NCBI GenBank assembly: GCA_002347645.1 | Contig: DDYF01000034.1 | Coordinates: 1,907-65,906 of the forward strand | Source of the DNA: Thermoleophilia bacterium UBA2241 | Lineage (GTDB): Bacteria; Actinomycetota; Thermoleophilia; UBA2241 | Direction: 5' to 3' | Length of the DNA: 64,000 nt | In this document: positions 1-9,414 of the stretch, piece by piece | How the letters are laid out: the number at the start of each line of letters is the position of its first letter | Position numbering within the stretch: the first letter of the stretch is position 1 | Made by a program: the position numbers and the translations under genes | The notes under the pieces: generated by a model | The model's database searches: none | Told to the model about the DNA's origin: nothing | Seen by the model: only the letters and a program-made list of their open reading frames with translations

Positions 1-243
1 GCGAAGCTCAAACGCAGGCCCGATCACTCTGTTGCCCCGATCGAAGCCAGCGACAGGGGTGGGCTCGTCGTCGACATCGCCACGTTCGGTGGTACCATGG
101 CAATCAGGAGCGCATCTCACTCGGGGGACGTCATGAAGCACGCGCTGCCACGCCTGAATTCCGCCTGCTGCATCGCCCTCTTCTGCACGCTTGCCGCGGC
201 GCTGATGGTCGTGGGGCTCGCACTGGCCTGCTTCTGCGGGTGA
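1..243 (+). CDS. ORF open at the window edge (or a short ORF from ATG 97/133) ending in a Cys-rich hydrophobic tail; function unknown
   Basis: Frame 1 has no stop from nt 1 to TGA 241-243. The last 36 codons read MKHALPRLNSACCIALFCTLAAALMVVGLALACFCG. A strong hairpin follows. No family recognised. Confidence 0.3.
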   Translation, partial: AKLKRRPDHSVAPIEASDRGGLVVDIATFGGTMAIRSASHSGDVMKHALPRLNSACCIALFCTLAAALMVVGLALACFCG

Positions 244-271
244 CCCAGGCCTGAGCGAAGCGGGGCGAAGA

Positions 272-311
272 ACGGCCGGGCGGCGGGCCTTCAGGCCCGC
301 CGCCCGGCCGT
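272..311. terminator. GC-rich hairpin between convergent genes (putative bidirectional terminator)
   Basis: ACGGCCGGGCGGCGGGCC-TTCA-GGCCCGCCGCCCGGCCGT gives an 18-bp perfect stem with a 4-nt loop. It lies between the stop at 243 (+) and the stop at 356 (-). No clear U-tract. Confidence 0.55.
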
Positions 312-355
312 CTGCTCCCGGCGATGCGCTGGCGCGTGCGCCGGTCGCGGCTCTC

Positions 356-2800
356 TCAGTCGATCACGACGCGCTTCACCGCAGACGTCGCGGCGGCGTT
401 GAGCGTGCTGCCGGAGGTCTTCGCGCGCCAGCGGTACGTGCCGGTACCCGGCGCGGACCAGCTCGCCTTGACGACACCGGTGCCCGGGACTGCGGCCGCC
501 TTCACGGTCCGCCAGCGACCTCCCGCCCACCGCTGGACGGTCACCTTGCCGCCGGTGTCGGCCGGCCTGACCCTGGCGGTCATGGTGATCGTGCGCCCGC
601 GGACGCGTGAGCTCAGTGAGATGGCCGGCCGCACCTTCACCGCCTGGTCGGCGCTCCCGGGAAGCCAGTCGTCGAGCGCGGCCGTGCGAGCGACGAACGT
701 GGTGTTGTGGGGCGCGACGCCGACCAGCGTCTGGAAGGCGGCCATGCCTTCGGCGTACTCGGCGACGACGGTCTTGATGGGGACCTCCAGGCCGGTGGCA
801 GCGTCGACGCGCGAGATCGTCACATCGATGCTCTCGTCGACGCCCATGACGACGCCGAGCAACCGGACGCGGGTGCCGTACGCGACCTTCGCGCGCGTGC
901 TGTCGAGGATCATGGGGACGGTCGACTTCGAGAGGTAGTCGCCGAACACCCAGTCCGTCGCGAGCGTCGCCTCGACCGGGTCGTACGGCGTCTCGCCCTC
1001 ACCGTCTGCGTCCGCCTTCATGGCTGGGGCGCTGGAGTCGTCCGGCCCCCACGACCCCTCTTCGCGCGGGTAGAACGTGAGCAGCAGATCGGAGTTCTTG
1101 GGCTGGTCGTTGATCTTATCCACGATCTCCTGCAGGGTGTCGGGCGCCAGATCGTCGTCACCGTCCTCGGAGCCCCACCACGGGGAGAACCACCCGCCGG
1201 GGGTCACTTCGATGCTGCCTGCGGTAGGGGTGCCGTCGGGAAGCGTCAGCGTGCCGGACAGGGTCTGGAGGTCGCGCGAGCCGTAGCCGTAGAACGTGAC
1301 CTGGACCTCGTTGTCGCCGGTCTTGAGCCCGTCCGGCACGACGATGTCCACCGGCCGGGCGGAGATCCGTCGCGGCGAGACTGTGGCGTCGAAGCTCATC
1401 GACTCCAGGCGCGTGTCGAGGACGCCGTCGGGGTCGCTCGCCAGAGCCACCACGTAGTCGTAGATGTCCCAGATGGGCTCCCAGGTGATGTCCGAGGAGT
1501 CGAAGACGTCCTCGACGTGCACCGGGTAGGAACCCGTCTCGTCAGACACAACGGCGTCGAAGGCCGTCGTCGCGCTGCCGGGCAGGGTGGACGCGTCACA
1601 AGCGGCCCACAGCGCCTCCTCGAGGAGGTACACGGGCATGTCGGCGTAGCCGTCGGTCTGAAACGCCCACTGCACGCAGGACGACTCGGTCGCGACGTCG
1701 CGCACCGGCCCTCCCGACTCGTCCACGAAGCCGACGTGGGCGTCGACGGGTATCCAGTCGGGGTCCACGCCGACGACGCCGGCGATGCCCGCGTTGCGGT
1801 CCTGCGTGATGACGCCCTTGACGTCACGCGGCGCGATGAGCTTGTACGGCTCGTAGGTGCTCGGCCAGACCGCGCTCACCCAGCCGGCCGTCATCGCGGC
1901 GCCGCAGGAGCCGGTCCACCACGAGGGGTGGCCGAAGGCGACGACGACGTCGCCGTTGACGTAGGTGGCCGTGCCGGCGGCGCCGTACCAGACGGAGCCC
2001 AGCGTGAAGATCTGGCAGACGGACGAGCCTGCTTCGAGGGCCGGCGCGTCCGGGCCGACCCACAGGCTCGGACCGCTCGCCGGCCTGGCCGTCAGGCCCG
2101 TCTGCTTCTCGAGCTTGGCGGCGAGTTCCTTGTACGCCTTGCTCTGCGGCGGCATGCCGCCGATCTGGAGCAAGGCGAGCGGTGCCATCACACTCATGCC
2201 GGCCTTCGCGTCGATCCGCTGCGCGGCCTTCTGGCTGCGCGCGACGACGATGCTGCTGACGACGCCGGCACTCGTCTTCACGGGCGCATCGAGGTCGTAT
2301 GTCCCGGCGGCCGGCGGCACGACCGGGAAGTGGTCTTCGATCGCCGCCATGTACTCGATCGGCGTGGCCAGCGCCATGCCGTGGAGCGTGAAGATGTCGC
2401 CGTACGAGACGGCGCCGACCAGCTTGTCCACCCCGCCGTCGTCGACGTACACGGGGCTGCCGCTCATGCCGGCCGCCACGCCGCCGATCTCCTCGATGAC
2501 GGGCCCGCTGGCCTCGAGGAGGATCAGCGAGCCGGACGACCCCTCGATGAGGGCATCGACGGTGAGCGGGATCTGCTCAATCTTGTAGCCGCTCACCACG
2601 GTCTTCATGTAGCCCGTGAGCGACCCGGTCTCAAGCTTGGACTGCAGCTCCTCGAGGGTGAGCGTCGGCTCCGTCGGGGCTGCTGCTGCGGACCCTGCCG
2701 CGACCGCCAGCATGAGGACCGCCAGCGCGAGGACGAGCAGCGTCCGCACGGTCCCCCGCTGACCACGATGTCTCGTTCGCATCGACTCGTCTCCTTTCAC
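356..2800 (-). CDS. secreted multidomain protein with a peptidase S55 (SpoIVB-type) serine protease core and a beta-rich Ig-like C-terminus
   Basis: 814-aa ORF. Signal-like N-terminus RTLLVLALAVLMLAVAAGSAAAAP. GMSGSPVYV...KLVGAVSYG resembles the SpoIVB/S55 catalytic-Ser motif. The opposite-strand ORF 707..2812 is Arg/Gly-rich shadow. Confidence 0.7.
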   Translation of the reverse strand: MKGDESMRTRHRGQRGTVRTLLVLALAVLMLAVAAGSAAAAPTEPTLTLEELQSKLETGSLTGYMKTVVSGYKIEQIPLTVDALIEGSSGSLILLEASGPVIEEIGGVAAGMSGSPVYVDDGGVDKLVGAVSYGDIFTLHGMALATPIEYMAAIEDHFPVVPPAAGTYDLDAPVKTSAGVVSSIVVARSQKAAQRIDAKAGMSVMAPLALLQIGGMPPQSKAYKELAAKLEKQTGLTARPASGPSLWVGPDAPALEAGSSVCQIFTLGSVWYGAAGTATYVNGDVVVAFGHPSWWTGSCGAAMTAGWVSAVWPSTYEPYKLIAPRDVKGVITQDRNAGIAGVVGVDPDWIPVDAHVGFVDESGGPVRDVATESSCVQWAFQTDGYADMPVYLLEEALWAACDASTLPGSATTAFDAVVSDETGSYPVHVEDVFDSSDITWEPIWDIYDYVVALASDPDGVLDTRLESMSFDATVSPRRISARPVDIVVPDGLKTGDNEVQVTFYGYGSRDLQTLSGTLTLPDGTPTAGSIEVTPGGWFSPWWGSEDGDDDLAPDTLQEIVDKINDQPKNSDLLLTFYPREEGSWGPDDSSAPAMKADADGEGETPYDPVEATLATDWVFGDYLSKSTVPMILDSTRAKVAYGTRVRLLGVVMGVDESIDVTISRVDAATGLEVPIKTVVAEYAEGMAAFQTLVGVAPHNTTFVARTAALDDWLPGSADQAVKVRPAISLSSRVRGRTITMTARVRPADTGGKVTVQRWAGGRWRTVKAAAVPGTGVVKASWSAPGTGTYRWRAKTSGSTLNAAATSAVKRVVID

Positions 2801-2878
2801 ATGGCGGCCTGATGCCGCGCGACGAAGGACTTCACACTACCACCGTGGAGGACGCGCGTGTCGCGGCCCGGGTTCGGC

Positions 2879-5260
2879 CTAACGGACGCGGATCTGCCAG
2901 ACGTGATGGGCGTTCGCGCGCCGCGAGAAGTCGGCAGCCAGCGTGGCACGCGACAGGTCCTTGAGCGCGAGACCGGGAAAGGCCTGGGGATCGAGCTTGA
3001 AGCCGCGGCGATTGGACGAGAAGAGGAGCACACCGCCGGGTGCGAGGAGCCGTCGCACCGTCATGCGGATGATGTCGGGGTGGTCACGCTGCACGTCGAA
3101 GGTGACGCCGCGCATGCGCTTGGAGTTGGAGAAGCTCGGCGGGTCGAGGAAGATCAGGTCGTAGCGTTCCTCCGCCTCCGCGATCCAGCGCAGGCAGTCG
3201 GCACGGACGAGCCGGTGGGCGGCGCCCGGGCGCCGCCCACCGGCTCGTCGCTCCCCTCCAGCCTCAGACGCTTGGACAGGGCCGTGCCCGAGCTCGATGT
3301 CGACGTCGGTGACGCCGTTCTCGGCCAGATTGCGGCGCGCCCAGTCGAGGTAGGTCGCGGAGAGGTCGACCGACATCGTCGCGGGCGCCCCGCCCGCCAC
3401 GGCGCAGACGGTCGCCGCGCCCGTGTAGGCGAAGAGGTTCAGGAAGCGCCGCCCGCCCGCCAGACGCCGTATGAGGCGCCGGGTCTCACGCTGGTCGAGA
3501 AAGAGACCAGTGTCGAGGTACGTCTCGAGGTCGACGAAGTAGCTCAGGTTGTCTTCGCTGACGAGAGAGCGCGTGGCGCCGTCGGCACGGCGCTCGTACT
3601 GCTGTGCGCCGCGCATGCGGCGGCGCTGCTTGACGACGATGTCCGCCGGCCCGACGCCCGTCACGTCGGCGAGGACGGCCACGGCCTGGGTCAGGTGCGC
3701 CGTTGCCCGGTCCGGGTCGATCTCGGGGGGCGGCGCGTACTCCTGAACGTGCAGGCGGTGCTCGTACACGTCGACGGCGAGGTTGTACTCGGGCAGGTCG
3801 GCGTCGTAGAGCCGGTAGCACGTCACGCCCTGGCGCCGCATCGTGCGGCCGATGTGACGGAGGTTCCTGCGCAGACGGTTGGCGAGCTGGTCGGCGCCGC
3901 TCTCTGAGCCTTCGGCGCGGAGCGCCGCGCTCGACGACGAGCGCGCCGTCTCGCGGGCGCTGCGCGCCGTCTCGGCGCCGGCGATGTCGAAGTACGCGAG
4001 CGTGCAGTCCAGGGCGCCGTTGCGGAGCACCGTCTCACGCGCGGGCTCGAGGCCGACCGCCTTCGCCTGCCGAGGCCCGCCCGCAAGGACGGCCGCTCGC
4101 CATCCGCCGAAGACGTTGCGGAGCTTCCTCCCGAGCAGCCGGCAGACCGCTTGCGCATCCTCGGGCTCCCCGAGGCGCCGGCCGTAGGGCGTGTTGACGG
4201 CGACGAGGCCATGGGGGGCTGGAGCACGCATGGCGGAGAGGTCGGCCACGTCGAGAGCCACGATATCGGAGAGGCCCGCGCGCGCGACGCAGGCGCGCGC
4301 CACCTCGATCGCCGAGGGGTCGTGGTCGGCGGCGCCGATCACGACCCCAGGCGCCGCAGCTCGCAGCCGTTCGAGGCCCGCGGCGCGCCGTTCGAGCGCC
4401 TCATCCACCAGCCCCCTCCAGAGGTCGGCATCGTGGCCTCGCCACCGCGTGAAGCCGAACGGCCGCAGTCTCGAGGGCGTGCCCGACGCGCGGGCGCCTC
4501 GCCCTGCCGTCTCGGTGCCCGCGGACTCACGCCCCTCCTTCGCACGCCCCGCGGCCGCCCGCCCCGCCTCGCCTGCGCGCAGCAACCCGGGGGCGACGTC
4601 GGCGGCGATCCAGGCCGCCTCGATGGGCAACGTCCCGGACCCACAGAGCGGGTCGAAGAAGCTGCCTCCCGCGGCGGCCTCCTGCGGCCACGCCGCGAAC
4701 AGCAGAACGGCGGCGGCGAGGTTCTCCTTGAGTGGCGCCTCCACCTGCACCCTCGCGGTGCGGTAGCCGCGCCGGTGCAGGCTGTCGCCGCCGAGGTCGA
4801 GGGCGACCGTGACGCGCCCGCGCGCGAGGTGCGCGTTGACGCGCACGTCGGGCGCGCGGGCGTCGACAGACGGGCGTCGTCCGCCGTGGCTTGCTCGGAA
4901 CTGGTCGACGATCGCGTCCTTGACGCGTACGGCGCCGAACTGCGTGTCGCGGATCGTCGCGCTGGTCCCCGTGAAGTCGACGGCGAAGGTGTCCCCGGCG
5001 CCGAGGTGGTCGCCCCAGTCGACGCGCTGCACGGTCTCGTAGAGCGCGTCGGCGTCGCCCGCCGGCCCGGTCCGCAGCACGAGCAGGATGCGCGCGGCCA
5101 GGCGGGACCACAGGCAGACACGGTATGCGGTCTCGAGGGTCCCGGTGCACGCCGCACCCGCCCGAACTTGGCGGACGTCGTCGGCGCCGAGGCCACGGAG
5201 CTCGCCGGCGAGCATCGACTCCATGCCCAGCGGCACGGTGGCGAAGAGGGGGTAGGCCAC
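2879..5260 (-). CDS. rlmL: bifunctional 23S rRNA methyltransferase RlmKL-like (THUMP plus two SAM-dependent MTase modules)
   Basis: 793-aa ORF. The N-terminus MAYPLFATVPLGMESMLAGELRGLGA is RlmL/THUMP-like. FFDPLCGSGTL, LNLFAYTGAATV and DLIFLDPPSFSNSK are the MTase motifs. Longer than E. coli RlmL because of low-complexity Ala/Gly/Arg inserts. Confidence 0.8.
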   Translation of the reverse strand: MAYPLFATVPLGMESMLAGELRGLGADDVRQVRAGAACTGTLETAYRVCLWSRLAARILLVLRTGPAGDADALYETVQRVDWGDHLGAGDTFAVDFTGTSATIRDTQFGAVRVKDAIVDQFRASHGGRRPSVDARAPDVRVNAHLARGRVTVALDLGGDSLHRRGYRTARVQVEAPLKENLAAAVLLFAAWPQEAAAGGSFFDPLCGSGTLPIEAAWIAADVAPGLLRAGEAGRAAAGRAKEGRESAGTETAGRGARASGTPSRLRPFGFTRWRGHDADLWRGLVDEALERRAAGLERLRAAAPGVVIGAADHDPSAIEVARACVARAGLSDIVALDVADLSAMRAPAPHGLVAVNTPYGRRLGEPEDAQAVCRLLGRKLRNVFGGWRAAVLAGGPRQAKAVGLEPARETVLRNGALDCTLAYFDIAGAETARSARETARSSSSAALRAEGSESGADQLANRLRRNLRHIGRTMRRQGVTCYRLYDADLPEYNLAVDVYEHRLHVQEYAPPPEIDPDRATAHLTQAVAVLADVTGVGPADIVVKQRRRMRGAQQYERRADGATRSLVSEDNLSYFVDLETYLDTGLFLDQRETRRLIRRLAGGRRFLNLFAYTGAATVCAVAGGAPATMSVDLSATYLDWARRNLAENGVTDVDIELGHGPVQASEAGGERRAGGRRPGAAHRLVRADCLRWIAEAEERYDLIFLDPPSFSNSKRMRGVTFDVQRDHPDIIRMTVRRLLAPGGVLLFSSNRRGFKLDPQAFPGLALKDLSRATLAADFSRRANAHHVWQIRVR

Positions 5261-5668
5261 GAGGAAAGGCTATCATCGGTGTGACGCGAAGCTTCACAGG
5301 CCGTCGGCGTCAAGGCGGCCAGTCCGTGCGCGCTCCGGAGCCTCGACGACGGTGTCCACACCGTGCCGAGGCCGTCCTTGGTGCGTCACCTCCCGCGGGT
5401 CTGCGTCGGTTCGCCCTTCGGCCGGCCGATCGACACCAGGATCGTCGCGGTGCCGTCACGGGTCGGCGAGCTTCTCCTCGCGCGATGCGCCGGCACCTGG
5501 GGTGTGCTGATCGCGAGCCATATGCCTTGCAGCACACCCTCGCCCCGGTGCGGTCTTCTCAAGTACACGCACCGGCTCCGGCTTCCACACGCGGTGTACG
5601 ATTGGAGCGTCGAGTCGCGTGGCGGCGCCTCGCTCACCGCGTGCCGCACGCGAGGCCAGGAGGCATTC

Positions 5669-6388
5669 ATGGAAGCTGAGCCGGAGCGAAGCGTCACCTA
5701 CACGATGCCGAACGGGGCCCAGATCGTGCTTCGTCAGCCGACCACACCCACGGCCGCCGATGTCGCGAGACGGTACCTGGACAAGGGGTTGTGGGAGCAG
5801 GCGATCGTCGAGCTCGAGAAGGCGCGACGCTCGAGCCCGGGCGACGCCGAGGTCTTCGGACTGCTCGGCTCCATCTACCTCGCGCACGACCGCTACGCCG
5901 ACGCAGTCTCCGCCCTCCAGGCGGCGACACGACTGGCGCCGGACGACGCGTGGTGGCGCTTCAAGCTCGGCGTCTCGCACGGATGGGCGGGCGATCAGGA
6001 TCGAAGGCGCACGGAGCTGGAGGCCGCCGTGGGCCTGCGCCCCGACTTCGCCGACGGCTACGCCGAGCTCGGACAGGCATACCACGACGAAGGCAGAGCG
6101 TCCGACGCGGTCGCCGCGTGGGAGAAGGCCGTCGCTCTCGGGTCGACTGTCGCCGAGGCTAGCTACAACCTCGGCGCCACGTACTTCCAGAGCGGTCGCG
6201 CCGAGCAGGCCGTGCCGCTCCTGGAAACGGCCGCACGCACGGGCACGGAGATACTCGCCGGTCACGCGCACTTCGCACTCGCGCTGACGTTCCAGGCTCT
6301 CGGAAGGGACCCCGAAGTCGTCGTAGGCGAGCTGCGGCAAGCGGCGGCGTTGGGCGACGAGCAGGCGCGGCAGATCCTGAGCCAGTGA
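5669..6388 (+). CDS. TPR-repeat protein (239 aa)
   Basis: Internal ATG (residue 103 of ORF 5363..6388), preceded by AGGAGG about 5 nt upstream. Repeated A..Y...G.....A...a..A..l.P TPR-like units. Its stop overlaps the GTG start of the next gene (GTGA at 6385-6388). Confidence 0.7.
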   Translation: MEAEPERSVTYTMPNGAQIVLRQPTTPTAADVARRYLDKGLWEQAIVELEKARRSSPGDAEVFGLLGSIYLAHDRYADAVSALQAATRLAPDDAWWRFKLGVSHGWAGDQDRRRTELEAAVGLRPDFADGYAELGQAYHDEGRASDAVAAWEKAVALGSTVAEASYNLGATYFQSGRAEQAVPLLETAARTGTEILAGHAHFALALTFQALGRDPEVVVGELRQAAALGDEQARQILSQ

Positions 6389-8439
6389 TCGCAAGGCGCG
6401 CGGCCGCTGAGCTGCGCCAGGTCTGGGGTGCCGTCACGCTCTCGGTCCCCGTCGTCGTGCAGGACCCAGCGCAGTTGGCAGGACAGCTCGTCGGCAGGCT
6501 TCTGGGCAGCGAAGGCCGAGGCGTCGCCAGACTGCTCCGGCAGGCTGAGCAGTGGCATGGGCGGCCGTGGCTCCGGCCTCTCGCTCCCAGCTTGGCGCCG
6601 GGAGGCGGGCCGCTGCGTCAGGCTCTTGTCATTCCCCAGCACCCAGTGAACGCTGGCGAGAGCCTCCCCAAGCCGGGCTACTTCGATGGCCTCATGGCGC
6701 CGGTCTACCGGCTCGCGGTGTCTACCGACGGCACCGTTGCCGTCGCGGCCGACCTCGAGGGTCATGTCCACGCATGGGACCTGACCTCGGGTGTTCGCCT
6801 GTGGGAGTGCGACGCGAGCGGGCGGCTTGCGGACGCGGTCGCGATCTCCCCCGACGCCAAGAGGGCGAGCGCCGCCTTCGATGATGGGAGCCTGACCACG
6901 TGGGATATGGCCACCGGCACACAGGTGTCGGTGACGCCAGCGCTCGGCGAGGTGGTGGCCCTGTCGCACGACGCCGGAGAACCGTGCGCGCTCGTGGCAC
7001 GCGACGGGCAGCTCTGGCTCTCGTGCGCCCACCGGCAGCGGGCGATACCGATCGGCGCTCTCCCCGCCGGCCTCGGGCCGGCAGCGCTCGCGCCGCGGTG
7101 CGGCCGAGTGGTCGCGGCCGACGGGAGCGATCTCTGGGTCTGGGACCCCGACGCGGGCCTCGTTGCCGGTCCGCTGCCGGGACACGACGACGCCATCCTG
7201 TGCCTGACGGTCACCCCGGATGGACGCCGGGCGGTGACCGGCTCGAAGGACAAGACGCTCATCGTGTGGGACAGCGAGTCGGGGAAGATCGTCTCCACGC
7301 TCATCGGTCATTCGGGTTTCGTGCTCGCCGTCTCCACGGGCACGGGAGCTTCGGGAGGCAGGGCGGTGTCCACGTCCATGGACCGGTCCGTGATCGTCTG
7401 GGATCTGGACGCGGGCGACGCGAGAGGCGTCCTCGATAGCCCCGTGAGCTTCGCGCGAGCGGCGATCTCGGCTGACGCGGCGACCGTGGTCACGACGACC
7501 CCGGAGCGCGCCCTGCGGATATGGGACCTCGGACGGTGGGAGGAGTCCTCCGCGGGTGACGCGGCGACGGACCTCGCCAACCTGGTCGCCGCGGCGCCGT
7601 CGTGCGACCGGTGCGTGATCGTCTCGTACACGGACAAGATCCGGCGGTGGGACCTGACGCCCTATGTGCGAGGCGGCATGCAGGTCGGCCAGAGCGGGAT
7701 CTTCGGTGTCTGGGCGCTCGCCGTGACCGCGGACGGGCGACGCGCGGTGACTGCCGGCTCGGGCCGCGACGTGGAGATCTGGGACCTCGAGGAACCCTCG
7801 CTCGTGCGGAGGTTCGAGGTCCCACACGAACGGATCAAGTCCGTCGCGGTGACTGCCGACGGAACACGCGTCGTCTCGATCGCCGATGAGTCGCTCGCCG
7901 TTTCCGACTTGGGAACCGGGCAGCTCCTGTCCCATGCCAAGATCAACGGAGTCGAACGTGTGCTTCCCACTGTCGAGGCAGATCGTGTGCTCGCCCTCGG
8001 CGCGCACTCACTGAGCGCTCTCGTGCTTCCGCCCGGTGGCGAGCCGAGCCTTGAGGCCGCCCTGGAGGACGCGTCGACGATCCTGCTGAGCCGCGACGGG
8101 CGCTCTGCGGTCCTGACGGACGAGTCAGGCCGAAGGTGGTTCGTGACGTTCGAGGGTGAGAGGCGCCGGGTGCCCCTGGCCGCCGCGGACGGGTTGTGGA
8201 GTCTGGCGGTGCCGCCGGGATCCGGACGCATCGTGGGCGCGGCGAGCTCGACGGACAGCCGCTCGACGCTGGTGGTCTCGGTGTGGGATGCCGAGACGGG
8301 GTGCCGGCTCGCCACGGCCTCGTTCTCGGGCGATCTGCGACCTCTCAAGTCGGCATCCGTCTCGCTCGACGGGACGCGAGTCCTGGTCTGTGACAACGGC
8401 GGGCGGACGCACTTCCTGGAGCTGTGCGGATTCGGCTGA
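6385..8439 (+). CDS. WD40/beta-propeller repeat protein 1 with a non-repeat N-terminal leader
   Basis: 684-aa ORF. Contains units such as GHDDAILCLTVTPDGRRAVTGSKDKTLIVWD and GHSGFVLAVS. The leader contains RPWLRPL before the first blade. Translationally coupled to the upstream TPR gene. Confidence 0.8.
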   Translation: MIARRAAAELRQVWGAVTLSVPVVVQDPAQLAGQLVGRLLGSEGRGVARLLRQAEQWHGRPWLRPLAPSLAPGGGPLRQALVIPQHPVNAGESLPKPGYFDGLMAPVYRLAVSTDGTVAVAADLEGHVHAWDLTSGVRLWECDASGRLADAVAISPDAKRASAAFDDGSLTTWDMATGTQVSVTPALGEVVALSHDAGEPCALVARDGQLWLSCAHRQRAIPIGALPAGLGPAALAPRCGRVVAADGSDLWVWDPDAGLVAGPLPGHDDAILCLTVTPDGRRAVTGSKDKTLIVWDSESGKIVSTLIGHSGFVLAVSTGTGASGGRAVSTSMDRSVIVWDLDAGDARGVLDSPVSFARAAISADAATVVTTTPERALRIWDLGRWEESSAGDAATDLANLVAAAPSCDRCVIVSYTDKIRRWDLTPYVRGGMQVGQSGIFGVWALAVTADGRRAVTAGSGRDVEIWDLEEPSLVRRFEVPHERIKSVAVTADGTRVVSIADESLAVSDLGTGQLLSHAKINGVERVLPTVEADRVLALGAHSLSALVLPPGGEPSLEAALEDASTILLSRDGRSAVLTDESGRRWFVTFEGERRRVPLAAADGLWSLAVPPGSGRIVGAASSTDSRSTLVVSVWDAETGCRLATASFSGDLRPLKSASVSLDGTRVLVCDNGGRTHFLELCGFG

Positions 8440-8527
8440 TCCGCCCTCCCGCAGTCCGGGCCGGACGCCCCGACGCAGGGCGAAGGCTGCGGGCGAGTCG
8501 CAGCGAGTCGTCACGGTTCTCGCGGGC

Positions 8528-8962
8528 TCACATCTCGACGCGCTTCTTGCCGCCCCACGTCGCCTTGATCTTGTCGTCGTACTCGTTGGTGCTGTACGCG
8601 ACCAGTTGGACGGCGAGCTCCAGCTCCGCCTGGTTCAGGTAGTCCCCGAGCAGCGCGTGCTCGACGTGGACCTCCTGACGCTCGGGGTAGAGGGCGAGCT
8701 TGCCGAACAGGATCTTGCTGTTCGCCTCCGCCAGGAAGATGCCGAGGTCGCCGTCGATGCGCATGCCCTTGACGCAGAGTGCCTCGACCTTCACCACCGT
8801 ACGCCCGTCGGGGAGCTCGCGCGGCATGACGAAGACCTGGACGCCCTGTTCGAACGGCAGGACGAGGTCCTCCTGCGCGTCGGTGAGGAACGGGATCCCG
8901 CTGTTCGTCAGGTAGCGCTTGCAGGCCTCGCGCAGCGCGGCGAGGTGGCTCTGTCCGGTCAC
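8528..8962 (-). CDS. small alpha/beta protein, tentatively YbjN/T3SS-chaperone-like
   Basis: GTG start at 8962 (residue 29 of ORF 8528..9046) overlaps the stop of the upstream gene (GTGA). 144 aa, VTGQSHLAALREACKRYL...LFGKLALYPERQEV...AYSTNEYDDKI. Family assignment is tentative. Confidence 0.55.
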   Translation of the reverse strand: MTGQSHLAALREACKRYLTNSGIPFLTDAQEDLVLPFEQGVQVFVMPRELPDGRTVVKVEALCVKGMRIDGDLGIFLAEANSKILFGKLALYPERQEVHVEHALLGDYLNQAELELAVQLVAYSTNEYDDKIKATWGGKKRVEM

Positions 8963-9414
8963 GACTGATCCTCCAGATCCCATCCGCACTTCCTGCACCA
9001 CTTCGCGTCGGGCGGGTTCATCGCCCCGCACCCGGGCCGCAGGCACTTGCGCGGCGCGGGGCCGGGCCCGCCCGCGGACTTGCCTTCTGCATCGTCCGCA
9101 CGCGCCGGGCCGCTGCTGTGCCCCACGAGCATCATCTCGGTCATGCCGACGCGGACGATGTCGCCCTCGTGCAGCGGGTGGCTGCCGGTGACCTCTGCCC
9201 CGTTCAGCCAGAACGTGACCTCGCAGGTCAGCTTCACTCCCTCGTCGCCGACCTCGAGCTCCACGTCGTCGAGGTCCTTCGGGCCGAGGCCGCTACCGGG
9301 CGGGGGACCGAGGACTTCGCCCTCGAGGACGACACCCTTGTCGGTGATCGCGAAGGTGAGCCCGTCGTTCGGCCCCGCGACGATCTCGAAGCCGGCCTGC
9401 CACTCGGCGCTCAC
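8959..9414 (-). CDS. FHA-like beta-sandwich protein with a C-terminal zinc ribbon
   Basis: 151-aa ORF. NGAEVTGSHPLHEGDIVRVGMTEMML resembles the C-terminal half of FHA domains, but the SR.H motif was not seen. The tail CLRPGCGAMNPPDAKWCRKCGWDL is a CxxC...CxxC ribbon. The GTG start overlaps the Clp stop. Confidence 0.6.
   Translation of the reverse strand: MSAEWQAGFEIVAGPNDGLTFAITDKGVVLEGEVLGPPPGSGLGPKDLDDVELEVGDEGVKLTCEVTFWLNGAEVTGSHPLHEGDIVRVGMTEMMLVGHSSGPARADDAEGKSAGGPGPAPRKCLRPGCGAMNPPDAKWCRKCGWDLEDQS

Noticed and set aside
707-2812. 701-aa plus-strand ORF antisense to the S55 peptidase gene. Similar long antisense or alternative-frame ORFs occur at 9975..11855, 24204..25928, 25984..27111, 28790..30265, 33411..35345, 38679..41360, 41000..43639, 45254..46996, 47925..49826 and 58718..59983.
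   Set aside because: Their translations are dominated by Arg/Gly/Ala/Asp/His/Val with no motifs, which is typical shadow ORF content in GC3-rich DNA. The opposite-strand or other-frame ORFs carry clear family motifs.
5261-5668. A 408-nt gap between the divergent rlmL and TPR genes was examined for a small gene or structured RNA. ORFs 5310..5537 and 5386..5697 lie here.
   Set aside because: Both ORFs are Arg-rich with no SD sequence or motif. I could not identify a tRNA cloverleaf, a riboswitch core or a strong hairpin. It was left unannotated as a promoter region.
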